Source: Haliotis rufescens (Eukaryota). Taken from it: a DNA stretch of 64,000 bases. Location of the stretch: NCBI RefSeq assembly GCF_023055435.1, contig NW_025963791.1, positions 32,426,001-32,490,000 on the forward strand, in the 5' to 3' direction. Below, piece after piece: positions 51,007-63,272 of the stretch (its first letter is position 1; each line of letters opens with the position of its first letter). The position numbers and the translations under genes are program-made. Under the pieces are notes generated by a model that worked only from the letters and a program-made list of their open reading frames with translations, did no database searches and was not told where the DNA came from.

Positions 51007-53197
51007 ATGGCGACGTCACGGGCCGAGAAAGTGATGGAATTCCTCACCTGTGTGATCTGCCAGGAACTGTACACAGACCCCTGTACACTGAGGTGTGATC
51101 ACACATTCTGCAGGAAATGTGTCACAGGATACATCCAAACCAGACCAGATGCTGTACAGTCCAAGACGATCCCTTGTGCCTTCTGTCGACAAGATACCAA
51201 GGTCCCCCACCCCAGCCGGCCAGTGGAGGAATGGGCGGGGCAGATCAAACCCAGCATCATTATACAGGGGCTGATTGACACACAGGAAACTGCGAGACGA
51301 ACGACAGGTGTGATTTTTATACATTAACAGGTTATCCAGCAATTGAATGACATATGACAGCATGAACACTTACAGTGAAACACATCCGCCACAGACCCAT
51401 CTTTTTTGTTTCTAATTCCATTTTCATCGAAATAGTTTATGTCTGTTTCCAATCATGCCTTCAAATCTGTAACTTGAACATGTAAATGGATATATGTATG
51501 TGTTAAATTATACATAACCCACTCACACCTAATAATGATATTCCTTCACAGGTGATGATTCCTACAACAACTGCTGCCTGTGTGACAAGCTAGGGGAGAC
51601 AACTCCTGGGACCGCCTGGTGTTCTGATTGTGAAGAGTCCCTCTGTGGCAGATGTTCCAAAATACACCACGAAAGTTCTGCAACTCGTGACCATGAATTA
51701 TGTGACCTGTCTGGAGAGGTCAAGGTGAAGAAGACACGCAAGGTCATGTGTCAGGAACACAAGGATAAGAAAGTAGAATATCTCTGTCTGGACTGCAACA
51801 AGTCACTGTGTCAGTCATGCTGTGTGGTCTACCACAGGAAATGTGACTCTGTCGTCACAATCAGCTCTCAGATGACGGGGATAAAGCTTGGGTTATCTCG
51901 TAAAGTCAATGGTCTTAAGAAAAAGCTTTTTGGTAAAAGCAAAAAGATAGAAAAACAAAAATCAAGAGTAAGTGAAATAAAAGACAATAAAGCGTCCGTA
52001 AAAAAACACATCAGATCAACTACAAACAGACTCGTCGAACACATCAAGCACAAGGAAAAGAAGCTGTTGGATGAATTGGATGCAAAAACAGATACTCATA
52101 TCTCTCATGTTCGCGCAGCTATAAAGCTTGAAGAGATTGAGATGCAGATGTACAGACAACATTGTGAGTTCATTGACCAGGCCTTGGTATCGGACTGTGA
52201 GATGAACCTGTATGACGCGTATCAGGCCTGGGAGTCGGGGGCTGTAGAGTTGGGCGATGTCATGGACACAGACACAGCAGACACACGAAGAATAGATGAC
52301 ATCAGGTTCACACCTGACACTGACAACGTCCAACACATCCTAGATGACCTACAGCTGGGGGAGATTGACGTCACATACCAGACTGGATCATGTCGGAAAT
52401 CTTCTCCGGTAATGGTTGACACGACTGACGGCAGGGTGGAGGGAGATGTGGAGGAACCTGATCTACATGACGTCACAGTCCTGCTTGTAAATGGTATACA
52501 GACATGTGTTGTCACTGACGCCAAAAACAAGTGTGTGAAATCTTTCTACACTACAAACAATCAACCATGTCATAGTAGACTCCCCCTGGATGACTCTCCA
52601 TCGGGAGTAACACAGTTGAAGGAGAAGCAGGTGATGGTTGCTGTCCCTGACTCCAGTCAGATTGTAACAGTAGAAGTGACCCCTGGCCTGGTGCTGCTCT
52701 CAACCATCACAACAAGCAAAGGGTACTACAGTCTCGCTGTTCTAAGTCCTTCATCTCTAGCAGCAGGTGCAATTCACTGTGTTGATATCCTGGACATGGC
52801 GGGACACGTGCTGACGTCAGTCACTACACACAACAATGAGACACTGTTTACCTACCCCGACTACATGTGTGTCAACAACAAGGGCAACATGCTCGTGTCT
52901 GACTGGGAAAAGAAGTCTGTGACATGTCTGACGTCAGAGGGGGATGTTGTGTGGAGATACGCCCCTACCGGAGACAGAGCACTCAGCTTCCCTTGTGGTA
53001 CCACAACTACCGGCACAGGAGGCTTCCTGCTTGTAGACACCCACAAGGTGATACACCTGACAGAGTCGGGGGAGTATGTCAGAGATGTTCTCACGTCACA
53101 GGATGGTGTGTGCTCTCCACAAGGTCTCTGGTCGGACAAACATGGCTCCATATTTGTGAGCGATTATGAAAACATCAAGGAATTTATCATGACATAG
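51007..53197 (+). CDS. TRIM-B: RING-Bbox1-Bbox2-CC-NHL E3 ligase, join(51007..51307,51552..53197), 648 aa
   Basis: ATG follows ttttacag. Intact RING. Phase-1 intron gtgtga...ttcacag. The spliced frame is continuous with ORF 51725..53197. Confidence 0.92.
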
Positions 53198-53661
53198 GGA
53201 TTGAGTAAATACAATGTGACGCATTATGTCGCTACGATCTACTAGGGCCTAAACAATTTCTGGTTCGGGTTACCCTCCAATATACACCACATCTCTGACG
53301 CACACAATAATATAAATCCAACAGAAACAAAGACCCGTATGTTACAATAACTGCAAACTCACGACCCCGAACTCTGACGTCCAAGGAGATACACCGTGAC
53401 CTCGCGTCAGTGCACCAACGTCCAACGTTTGAAACAATGTCTAAACATAACATCGGGAACTCCCATGTATAGGACTAGGAAAACTGTAATCAACTTTCAA
53501 AACATCAATTGAACAAACTGTTTAAAGGCGAATATATTAGCGTATGGCATCATATTGCATATATGTTCACTGCCGTCATAATGGCCAGCGCTTGCGACAG
53601 ATGTCAGAAACTATACCTCATATATAGCCCCGGGGAATTGTCCTATTGACATATAATTAGA

Positions 53662-53819
53662 NNNNNNNNNNNNNNNNNNNNNNNNNNNNNNNNNNNNNNN
53701 NNNNNNNNNNNNNNNNNNNNNNNNNNNNNNNNNNNNNNNNNNNNNNNNNNNNNNNNNNNNNNNNNNNNNNNNNNNNNNNNNNNNNNNNNNNNNNNNNNNN
53801 NNNNNNNNNNNNNNNNNNN
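53662..53819. other. Assembly gap (158 N)
   Basis: N run. Confidence 1.
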
Positions 53820-56199
53820 AGCCACTCTGTATCAGCTATTGCTCTGAAATAATATCTATGTACCGTAGGCCTGTGGCCCCTTCAGCACTACAATAAAGAT
53901 TGACTGTTTGATCTACTGTGGCATACACTTACTGGTAATAGCTATTAGCATACTTTGGTGAAACAAGAGACAGTGAAATGGCGCTTACAAGCACGCGGGA
54001 TCACAATCAGAAAGACTCACGGATTCGAACCGACGACTAACGGATCTAGAGGCAAGGGAGAGAACTCTACACGAGTGATTGTGTTGCCCATTGCCGCCGA
54101 AGTAGATTAGGAGCAGTGTAGCTCATTATGTCCCAATACTACATTTGTCATAAAACAGGTGTTGCCTTTTATAGAACACTAAGATGAATGATATTCAGTA
54201 CTAGTTCATTGTGTCCGTAGGACGGAGGCAAAGCAAAGCAAAGTATCAATGTTGTAATTTGTCACTGATGTATTGCAATCATATTATGATTATGTATGAT
54301 TTTACGCCGCTTTTAGCAATATTCCAGCAATATCACGGCGGTTGACACCAGAAATGAGCTTCTCGCATTGTCTGCATGTTTGGCGTGACAGGCGAACGCT
54401 TTGACCACAAGGCTATGGTCATTGGCTAGGAGCCTGACTGAAAACTGACAATACATGAGTTAAGAACAAAATAAAACAAAATACTGTTACTGAATAACAA
54501 ATTGATGGGCTTCTAACAGCGGTAGTAGCATAAAGATTCTTGTGAGGATTCTGGCTCGTTGGCCTTTTTGGCATCATTTAAAATTCTTTGTACTTAAACT
54601 ATACATAAGTTTATAGCGATTAACTGTTTATTTTCAGTTGATATTGTTTGCAAGTACTCCATGTTTTACGGAATTAAAACCTCCAATAAGCTCTATGCTG
54701 ATTTATATTTCGAAAGGTATGAATCACCACTCGTCGAGATGTCGCAGTTAGCTCCCTTGTATATTATGCAGACCTGGCAGACACCCTGTGTGTCTCGGCG
54801 GGATACCTTTATTTCAACACCTCCAAGACACACAGTAAACCGCACACAGTGCACACGATGAACTAGTGTATGGCCAGAACATCGATAGCATCGACTGTTA
54901 CAGGTATGTGTTTCTCAAACACTGATTTAGTTTTGTAAACACACATGAATTTCTGATCGATAGTTCACACGAAGAAAGTATTATGCTGATAAGAAGGAGC
55001 TGTACGAACCAGGGCAATAATGAAATGCGAAAGTATTGACATTATAACTTTCTTGTATTGTTATGAGTTCTGCAAGTGTCTGGCATACATGTTAAATCAC
55101 GCAATACAGATATGTTGACTTGGTCCCGAATACAATCGTTTACAGTTACCTCCCTTGTATATTGACAGAGGCTATGGGTTTCACCATGGTGCTGACATGG
55201 GTCGATAAAAGTCATTTTTGGACAACACTGTATCTGAATTATTCCAAAGCTGTTAATGCTAAACACAATCGTATTTATAACAGGAATACATCAACCGCAC
55301 TTACCTCAAGAAGTTACATGAGTTAATCATAAAGAGTGATGTAATGAGTTAGTGAGTGAGTTGGGTTTAACGCCGCTTTAATATCACGGCGTGTCAACTT
55401 AATGTGGGAGGAAAGCCTGAAGTGTTGCAGGTCTCAGACTTCAACTTCGGTGAAACCAACGAGCACGGGTATGGTGCTGACAAACCTAGAAACATAATCG
55501 GGGCGAACCGGGACTCGAACCCACAATCATAGGTTTCTGGCGTGCCCAAGGAATACAATTCTGCACTGCGAATCACGGCGCCTTAGACGACTGGGCCAAT
55601 CGTGCCCCTAGTAATGTAATGAAAAAAGGCGTTGTCCCCAAAATAGTATAATCTACACACATTTCTAAGACGTCTTGTTTAACATGATATCAAGATATGA
55701 AGCATAATGTATTCCTGTAGGACTATGGTAGGGTCAATCTATATTCAATTATTCAAGAATGTTGCACTTATATAGCGATGTGCATGCTCTTGTGTGTGGG
55801 CACACGTGCTGTGTATCTTTGAGGCTGCTTGTACTAGTCGAGACTAATGCCGATTTTATGGTGTTAGCCCTCTGAGATATATGTACCATGCCGCATTTTA
55901 ACAGGAATACCCAAGACAGACACAGTATACTGACTCTATCTTGTTTTGTCCCATAATGCCGAGCGCCAGGCAGGGTAACAACAAGTACCGTCTGTTAACA
56001 TCTTTTGTGATGACAAGGCCAGGGCTTGAACCCACGGCCGTCACTCTCCGGGCAGATGCACGTCATTCTCGACGTTGAAAAACAAGCTATATGGTTTACT
56101 CATTGACATCATTGTAGATTGTCTCAACCAAGACATTCGTAACCACATATACAACGTTCAAACAAGGTTATTTGTGCGACGTCATGACCTGTTTTACAG

Positions 56200-56497
56200 A
56201 TGGCGACGTCGTGGAATGAGAAAGTGACGGAGTTCCTCACCTGTGTGATCTGCCAGGAACTGTACACAGACCCCTGTACACTGAGATGTGATTACACATT
56301 CTGCAGGAAATGTGTCACTGCATACATCCAAACCAGACCAGATGCTGTACAGTCCAAGACGATCCCCTGTTCTTTCTGTCGACAAGATACCAAGGTCCCC
56401 GACCAAAGCAGGCCAGTGAAGGAGTGGGCGGGGCAAATCAAACCCAGCATCATAATACAGGGGCTGATTGACACACAAGCTGGAGATACTACTGAAG
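56200..56497 (+). pseudogene. TRIM-C orphan RING exon with no cognate exon 2 in the window
   Basis: Acceptor ttttacag|ATG and phase-1 donor aag|gtaaga. The RING His ligand is changed to Tyr (CDYTFC). The intron is interrupted at ~56739 by the duplicated segment. Confidence 0.8.
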
Positions 56498-57299
56498 GTA
56501 AGACACGCCCACATTTTAAGGATGATAATTCTAGAATTCCACAGCAATTTGTTCTGTTTTTATTACTTTCTTGTGTAGTCTTGTAAGAGTGAAATGTACA
56601 CAGGACTCTTGAGAATGAAAGAAAGAAAATATAAAGAATGAATGCATGAGTGAATTTAATTAATTAATTTATTGATCAGAAGATTCCCAAAACATCCACG
56701 TAATTATTTACAAACAAAGTAATCAAACAGACATATCAGAATCAGTGCACATGTGACAGATGTTACCCCAATGACAACAGACAAAATGATGGTGCAAGTC
56801 AAGCTTACATATCCTTTTCAACTAATTTGCTGCCTGCTTTTCATGTCGTCTACTTGGCCTCATGCACAGGAGGTGATCAGAAGGGATGATTCACTTTCTT
56901 CTCAATTTTCTTTTAATTCAGCCATATACGATTTGTTACACCACTGGGTTTTTTACAAGCATATAATTTTGTATATGTATGCCTTGACTAGACTGTAACA
57001 CTAGTTGATGCTCGAGATAAAATTAAAACATAATAAATGTGCAATATGAATTATGAAATTGATCAATACGCTTCGGGAAAAAATGCAAGCTCAAATTGAT
57101 GTCACAGTCCACTGACAAGACAATTTACTGTATCTGGAATTAACTGAACATTTCTTTATATGATTAAAATACGTAAAACGTGAATCAACCTTGAAAACTT
57201 ATATACATCAATGTATTTAGTAATCACACAGTGTTTCGAATCCCCCTCAATCGTCATTTTGTGAGAATTGCTCAACTGACCATGAAAGTGACCAATCTT

Positions 57300-57455
57300 N
57301 NNNNNNNNNNNNNNNNNNNNNNNNNNNNNNNNNNNNNNNNNNNNNNNNNNNNNNNNNNNNNNNNNNNNNNNNNNNNNNNNNNNNNNNNNNNNNNNNNNNN
57401 NNNNNNNNNNNNNNNNNNNNNNNNNNNNNNNNNNNNNNNNNNNNNNNNNNNNNNN
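57300..57455. other. Assembly gap (156 N), probably a (GT)n microsatellite
   Basis: Its flanks match those of the 42165-42285 microsatellite region. Confidence 0.9.
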
Positions 57456-58040
57456 TGCGCGTGTGTGTCTGTGTGTGTTATCTGTTGTTATACATCATAT
57501 GTATCAACGTCTCACGCTCCAGGAGTGTGGTTTGGGCCCGGGCGTCTAAAGCGCCGTAGTACGCTCTTCAGAGTATCCTTTGACACTGGGTTCGAATCCT
57601 ACATTCGCCCTGATTAAGAGTTTTTGCCAGCATCATACCCTTGCTGAAAAGTGGTAAACGTTTGACGCCTACATTAATTCGGGGTTTCCTCCAACATGAA
57701 ATGCTCACTCACTCACTCACTCACTCACTAGGTACATTAATTCGGATTTTCCTCCAACAAGAAATGCTCACTTATTCACTCACTCACTGGGTACATTAAT
57801 TCGGGTTTTCCTCTAACGTGAAATGCTCACTCACTCACTCACTCACTCACTCACTCACTCACTGGGTACATTAATTCGGGTTTTCCTCCAACGTGAAATG
57901 CTCACTCACTCACTCACTCACTCACTCACTCACTCACTCACGGGTACATGTAATGTTATTATCACGGATATATACTAAGTCGTAAACACTGATATCATAC
58001 TGTGTTTCAGGGCTCCTGTATTGCTGTTATTGTGTTCCAG

Positions 58041-60125
58041 ATGTCGGGATCTGTGGCTGAGAAACCGAGTGACTTGCTGACATGTGGAATGTGCAATAAT
58101 GTGTACGCAGACCCATGTACACTGAGGTGTGATCACACATTCTGCAGGAAATGTGTCACCGGATATATCCAAACCAGACCAGATGCTGTACAGTCCAAGA
58201 CGATCCCCTGTTCTTTCTGTCGACAAGATACCAAGGTCCCCCACCCTAGCAGGCCTGTGGAGGAATGGGCGGGGCAGATCAAACCCAGCATCATTATACA
58301 GCGGCTGATTGACATTCATGAACCTGAGCATACAAGATCAGGTATTAAATATATTTAAAAAATATATTTATGATTATGAAAAGTGGTTTGCCTAAACAAA
58401 TTATGAAGGCGAAATACGTTAATTTGTTCGTATGACACTGCCTACTGGTCTTAAGCTCCTCAGTTCAATAGATAAAAGAACTGAAGACAATGTCACGCTA
58501 AACAAGTGAAATAATATTTTCATCTGTTATGCAGTTTAACTGTTGCCATATTGTTTAAAAAGCATTTCACGAATCAGAGATTTTCTTTATCCTCTATCTT
58601 TAAGGTTTAATATTTGTTAGACATAAAATTAAAGTTGTCCAACTCTTGTCCAATTATGAATGCAATAATGACTATTATTCATTAAAAATGTTTATTTGTA
58701 GATATTGCGGATTCCCAACACTGCTATGTTTGTTGGGAACTAGGGGAGACAACTCGTGCAGCTTTATGGTGCCCTGACTGTGAAGTTCCGCTATGTGACA
58801 GATGCGTTCGGACACATCGTGCATCCCCTGACTCTCGTGAGCATAAGCTTTCCGATCTTTCTTGGAGGCACAGAATGAAACGGAACCGGAAATTAACGTG
58901 TACTGACCACACAGATGAACAAGTCAAATTTCTTTTCATGGATTGTAGCAGATTGTCCTGTCAGTCGTGCAGTGTTCTTTACCATAGAAAATGTGAATCT
59001 GTCGTCACGATTAAATCACAGCTGCCGCTGCTTAAGTCTGGATTATCTTTGAAAAGAAAGATCATGCACAACGCTCTTCAGAGCAAAAGGACTAAAGAAA
59101 TCAAAGCACGAATTAAAAGTAACATCCCTGTCAGAGACGCATCAGTTAATACATGCAAACATTCAGGCAATTACAGAAACAATTGTTAAAAACATAAAAC
59201 TCAAGGAACAACAATTGTTAGATGAACTTGATACCATAACGAGGACCATCACCGATGACATACAGGCTGTTTTGAAACACGAAGAGATCGAGATGCAGAT
59301 GAGTTCATTGACCAGGCCTTGTTATCAGACTGTTAGATGGACCTGTATGACGCCTATCAGGCCTGGGAGTCGGGGGCTGTAGAGCTGGGGGATGTCAGGG
59401 ACACAGACACAGCAGACACACGGAGAATAGATGACATCAGGTTTACACCAGACACTGACAACGTCCAGCAACTCCTAGATGACCTACTACTGGGAACGAT
59501 TGACGTCAAATATGAGGATGTGCAGAAACCACCTTCTTATTGTTTGTTATATGAGACGATGGACGGACGGACAGATGTTGATGAACGGGAACCGTACCTG
59601 CGTGATAATACTGTTCTTGTTGTAAACGACATTGAAACAGTCGTAGTGACTGACTGGAATGAAAAAAGCGTGAAATCCTTCTACACCAGGAAGGATAATT
59701 CATGCCACAGCAAACTATCCCTCAAAAACTCTCCATTTGGAGTGGCACATTTGAAGGAAAACCACGTTATCGTTACGATCCCAAGATCTCATCAGATTGT
59801 GACAATCGGAGTGACCCCTGACTTAGATCTGCTTTCAACGATCGTTACAAGCAAGGCGTATTACAGTGTTGCTGTTCTGAATCCCGCGTCTTTGGTAGCC
59901 GGTGCCATTAACTGTGTGGACATCTTAGATATGGAGGGGAAGGCTCTGAGATGTGTCAGCGGACCTGGAGATGAGTTACCTCTGACCTAGCCATACTACA
60001 TCAGCGTGAGCAGCAAGGGCAACATACTTGTGTCTGACTGTTGGAAAGGAGTAGCAAAATGCCTAACGTCAGAGGGTGACGTTATGTGGACATACGCCCC
60101 TACCGAAGACAAAGCAACGTTATGA
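58041..60125 (+). pseudogene. TRIM-A' pseudogene, exons 58041..58341 and 58702..60125
   Basis: Duplicate of TRIM-A with a +1 frameshift at ~59095, a 16-bp deletion at ~59301, TAG at 59334-59336, TAG at 59988-59990, a 216-bp deletion at 60117/60118, and a B-box2 C>F change. Confidence 0.92.
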
Positions 60126-60561
60126 AACTGTTACATGTGAATAGAACGTACATTTGGCCTATATTATCCTGTATCCAAGACAGGATGATATCAAGTCAAC
60201 ACTGGGGCTCTTTCTGGACAGACATGGCTCTTAAAGTTTGTGTAATAAAGACGGCATCCAACGCTTTCTTCTGACGTTATGAAACTGTAACACTTGGCGG
60301 AAACGTTATTATGGTACCCTATCCTGTATCTAAAAATCCGTGACAAATTGTATTTGTATCTGTTCTCTTGTGTCTTAAGTATTTCGAAGACATGCACGTG
60401 TAGGTGTGTGAGCAAATAAATGTCATTTCCTGTACATGGAGCAAAGTGGTATGTCAACTGACAAATAACGAGCAAAGCATTTCTCTGTGAGATCATCCCG
60501 TTCTAAGTGCATATCAATGTTGGCAAAGTGTGCAACTTGATCTGTGGTCCTCCTGTATGTG

Positions 60562-60840
60562 AGGGAGTGAGTGAGTTGGGTTTAACGCCGCTTTTAACAG
60601 TATTCCAGTTATATCGCGGCGTGTCAGCTTAATGTGGGAGGAAAGCCCGAAGTGATGCAGGTCTCAGACGTTTACCACTTCGGTGAAACCCACGAGCACG
60701 GGTATGGTGTTGTCAAACCTAGAAACATAATCGGGGCGAACCGGGATTCGAACCCACAATCATAGGTTTCTGGCGTGCCACGGGATGCAACTCTGCACAG
60801 CGATTCGCGGCGCCTTAGACGACTGGGCCACCCGTGGCCC
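60562..60840 (-). mobile_element. SINE family C, full length, with TSD
   Basis: TSD ctcctgtatgtga. The paralogous copy at 45397-45537 lost its tail through a ~270-bp deletion. Confidence 0.9.
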
Positions 60841-62670
60841 CTCCTGTATGTGAAAGAGAAGCTATGCAGGAACCAAACAGTACGAACCACCACTTTCTTC
60901 ATGTAAATTAGTGAGTGAGTGAGTGAGTGAGTATGGTTTTAAGCCATACTCCAGCAATATCACAGCGGGGGACACCTGCAATGGGCCCCCCACATTGTAC
61001 CCATGTCGGGAATCGAACCCGGATCATCGACGTTACGAACGAACGCTTAAACCACTAGGCTACCCGACCGCCCCTCATGTAATGAAAGGCTGGATGAAAT
61101 ATCGTAGCATCCACCTTTCCTGTTTAAGATTTGTCTCCTGGTGGGACACATAACATGAGGTATACAGAATAGTGTTGTACACTACGATCAACGTTTTAAA
61201 CATTTCATCGTTTACATACTCTTACGCCCCGTGAAGATTCGGGGTAGAATATATAGGTCTTCAGCAACTCATGCTGGAGGCGACTAACGGGATCGGGTGG
61301 TCAGGAACTCTGACTTGGTTGATGCGTGTCATCGTACCCCAATTGCGTGGATCGATGCTCATGATATGAATCACTTGATTGTCTGGTCCAGACTCGGTTA
61401 TATACAGACCGCCGTCATATAGCTGCAAAATTGCTGCGTGCGGCGTTAAACAACAAACAAACAAACATACTCTTACTCCTGTCCTCTCCATATATAACGT
61501 GGCCATACGGTACAAGTTCAAATAGGGAGTTTCATGGACAACGGAGTCAGTGATGACCCACGAGCCAAGGCACGATAACGTAAAGTCAGCCAGGTCAGGT
61601 GGTCGTCTCTTACGATTAGCATGAGATACGTGGGACTGCATGGACACACTGCCCCTACATCCTCACTGATTCTCTGCGCCAAATTTGTTTATGGTTATAG
61701 AAAACGGTGATTCCTTCGGAATTGGTACAGGGAGCCTGAAGTTATGCATGGTAATACAGCTAAAGCTAGCTTCAAACAAATAGCAATACAGAAATACAGG
61801 ATGTATATTCCTCAACTCAGGTGGTGGGCGGCCGGGTAGCCTTGTGGTTAAAGCATTCGCTCGTCACTCCGAAGTTCGATTCCCGACATGGGTACAATGT
61901 GTGAAGCCAATTTCTGGCGTCCCCCGCCGTGATATTGCTGGAATATTGCTAAAAAGCGGCGTAAAACTATACTCACTCCCTCATTCAACTCAGGTGGAGA
62001 CTGAGTGTGACTAAATACTTTTATATGCTTCATACAAATATAATTCGATATCACGACGGGACTGATGCATTTTCTGCTCCATTCAAACATGCGATAAAGT
62101 TTCGTACCAGTATGAAGGATCTTATCCTTCTCAAACGTTGAGTAGTTTGGTTGTGGCATCCGCTTAGTATGACAGCTACTTGCTTATGTTAATATACACC
62201 TTGTGGATACATGGACGAGCTTACTATCATTGGACCAATATACCGGTACCATGGCGAAACTTAACATGTCGCAGTTATCAGATAACTAGCAGAAGAAACG
62301 GCAGCTTCGGTTTGTCTTTATATGTTCTCTGTGGGTCTTCAGTTTTGAGATTGTTGATATCTTGATGTCACCCACATGCATTTCATTGCTACTTTATGTT
62401 GCAGCTATGTATGCATATGTCGTCATGGTAACAGACAAGGGCTGGCCATCAGTGTATAAATCACAGAAACAATAAAATAGGTTTTCCGCTTGACACAATA
62501 CACTAGACATGCACAGTATTATTGGACGTTGCAAGATGAACAGATGAACAGCACTTATTTCAGATACATGTGGAATTCGTGTCACAATTCCTCAAAATGT
62601 AAAGATAAATTGTTTATTTTATACACGAAGATATTTTTTATTATTTTCTTCAACAAACTCCGTCTCCTAA

Positions 62671-63272
62671 CGATGAGTGTTCTATGTGTCATACTCACAA
62701 AGAAAATATTTTTCATGTTTATATCGAATGTCATGTCAGATTTCTGTATTTACTTGACTCATATCTTGCATAGAAAAATCCTTATAACTGACAACGAGCT
62801 CCTCATTGGTACCTCTGATGTATTAATTAACCATTTGATTGTAGCTGCTAAAAGATTTATCTTTGTTCAGTGTATTAAGAATGAAAATGTTCACTTTGTT
62901 GCTTTTGAGAACACAATAAGAATTATCTATGATGTTGAATATCATATTGCACGTAGAAATAACGACTTCTCTGCCTTTAATAGAAAATGGGCTTTGTTTA
63001 CTCAAACTGCAAAATAACTTATTCACTTGATGTTTGCAACATAATTTGATGTACCATAAATACCGCATCTTCTTAATTGTATACATAAATATGCCTTCAT
63101 CTGTACCATGATGTGGACTATGCCTTTATCTGTACCATGATGTGGATTATGCCTTAGGCCTCCTCTGTACCATATCCTTTTGAGAAGTACCTGTATTCAT
63201 AAAGCTGTATTGCTTTCCGAGTGCTTATGTATCCTGTGTATATGACTGAATAAAAATTTAAAAAAAAACAAA
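62671..63272 (+). mobile_element. 5'-truncated L1/Tx1-type LINE insertion
   Basis: CCHC knuckle ECSMCHTHKENIFHVYIEC, then C-terminal INHLIVAAKRFIF..EYHIA..FNRKW*. AATAAA at ~63249, an A-rich tail and a 16-bp TSD aaactccgtctcctaa. Absent from the paralog at ~47545. Confidence 0.88.

Noticed and set aside
53455-53464. NF-kB-like site GGGAACTCCC
   Set aside because: A single 10-mer downstream of TRIM-B next to an assembly gap, with no supporting promoter evidence.
62490-63017. 175-aa ORF as a host gene
   Set aside because: It is a chance fusion of flanking DNA with a truncated LINE ORF2 C-terminus.
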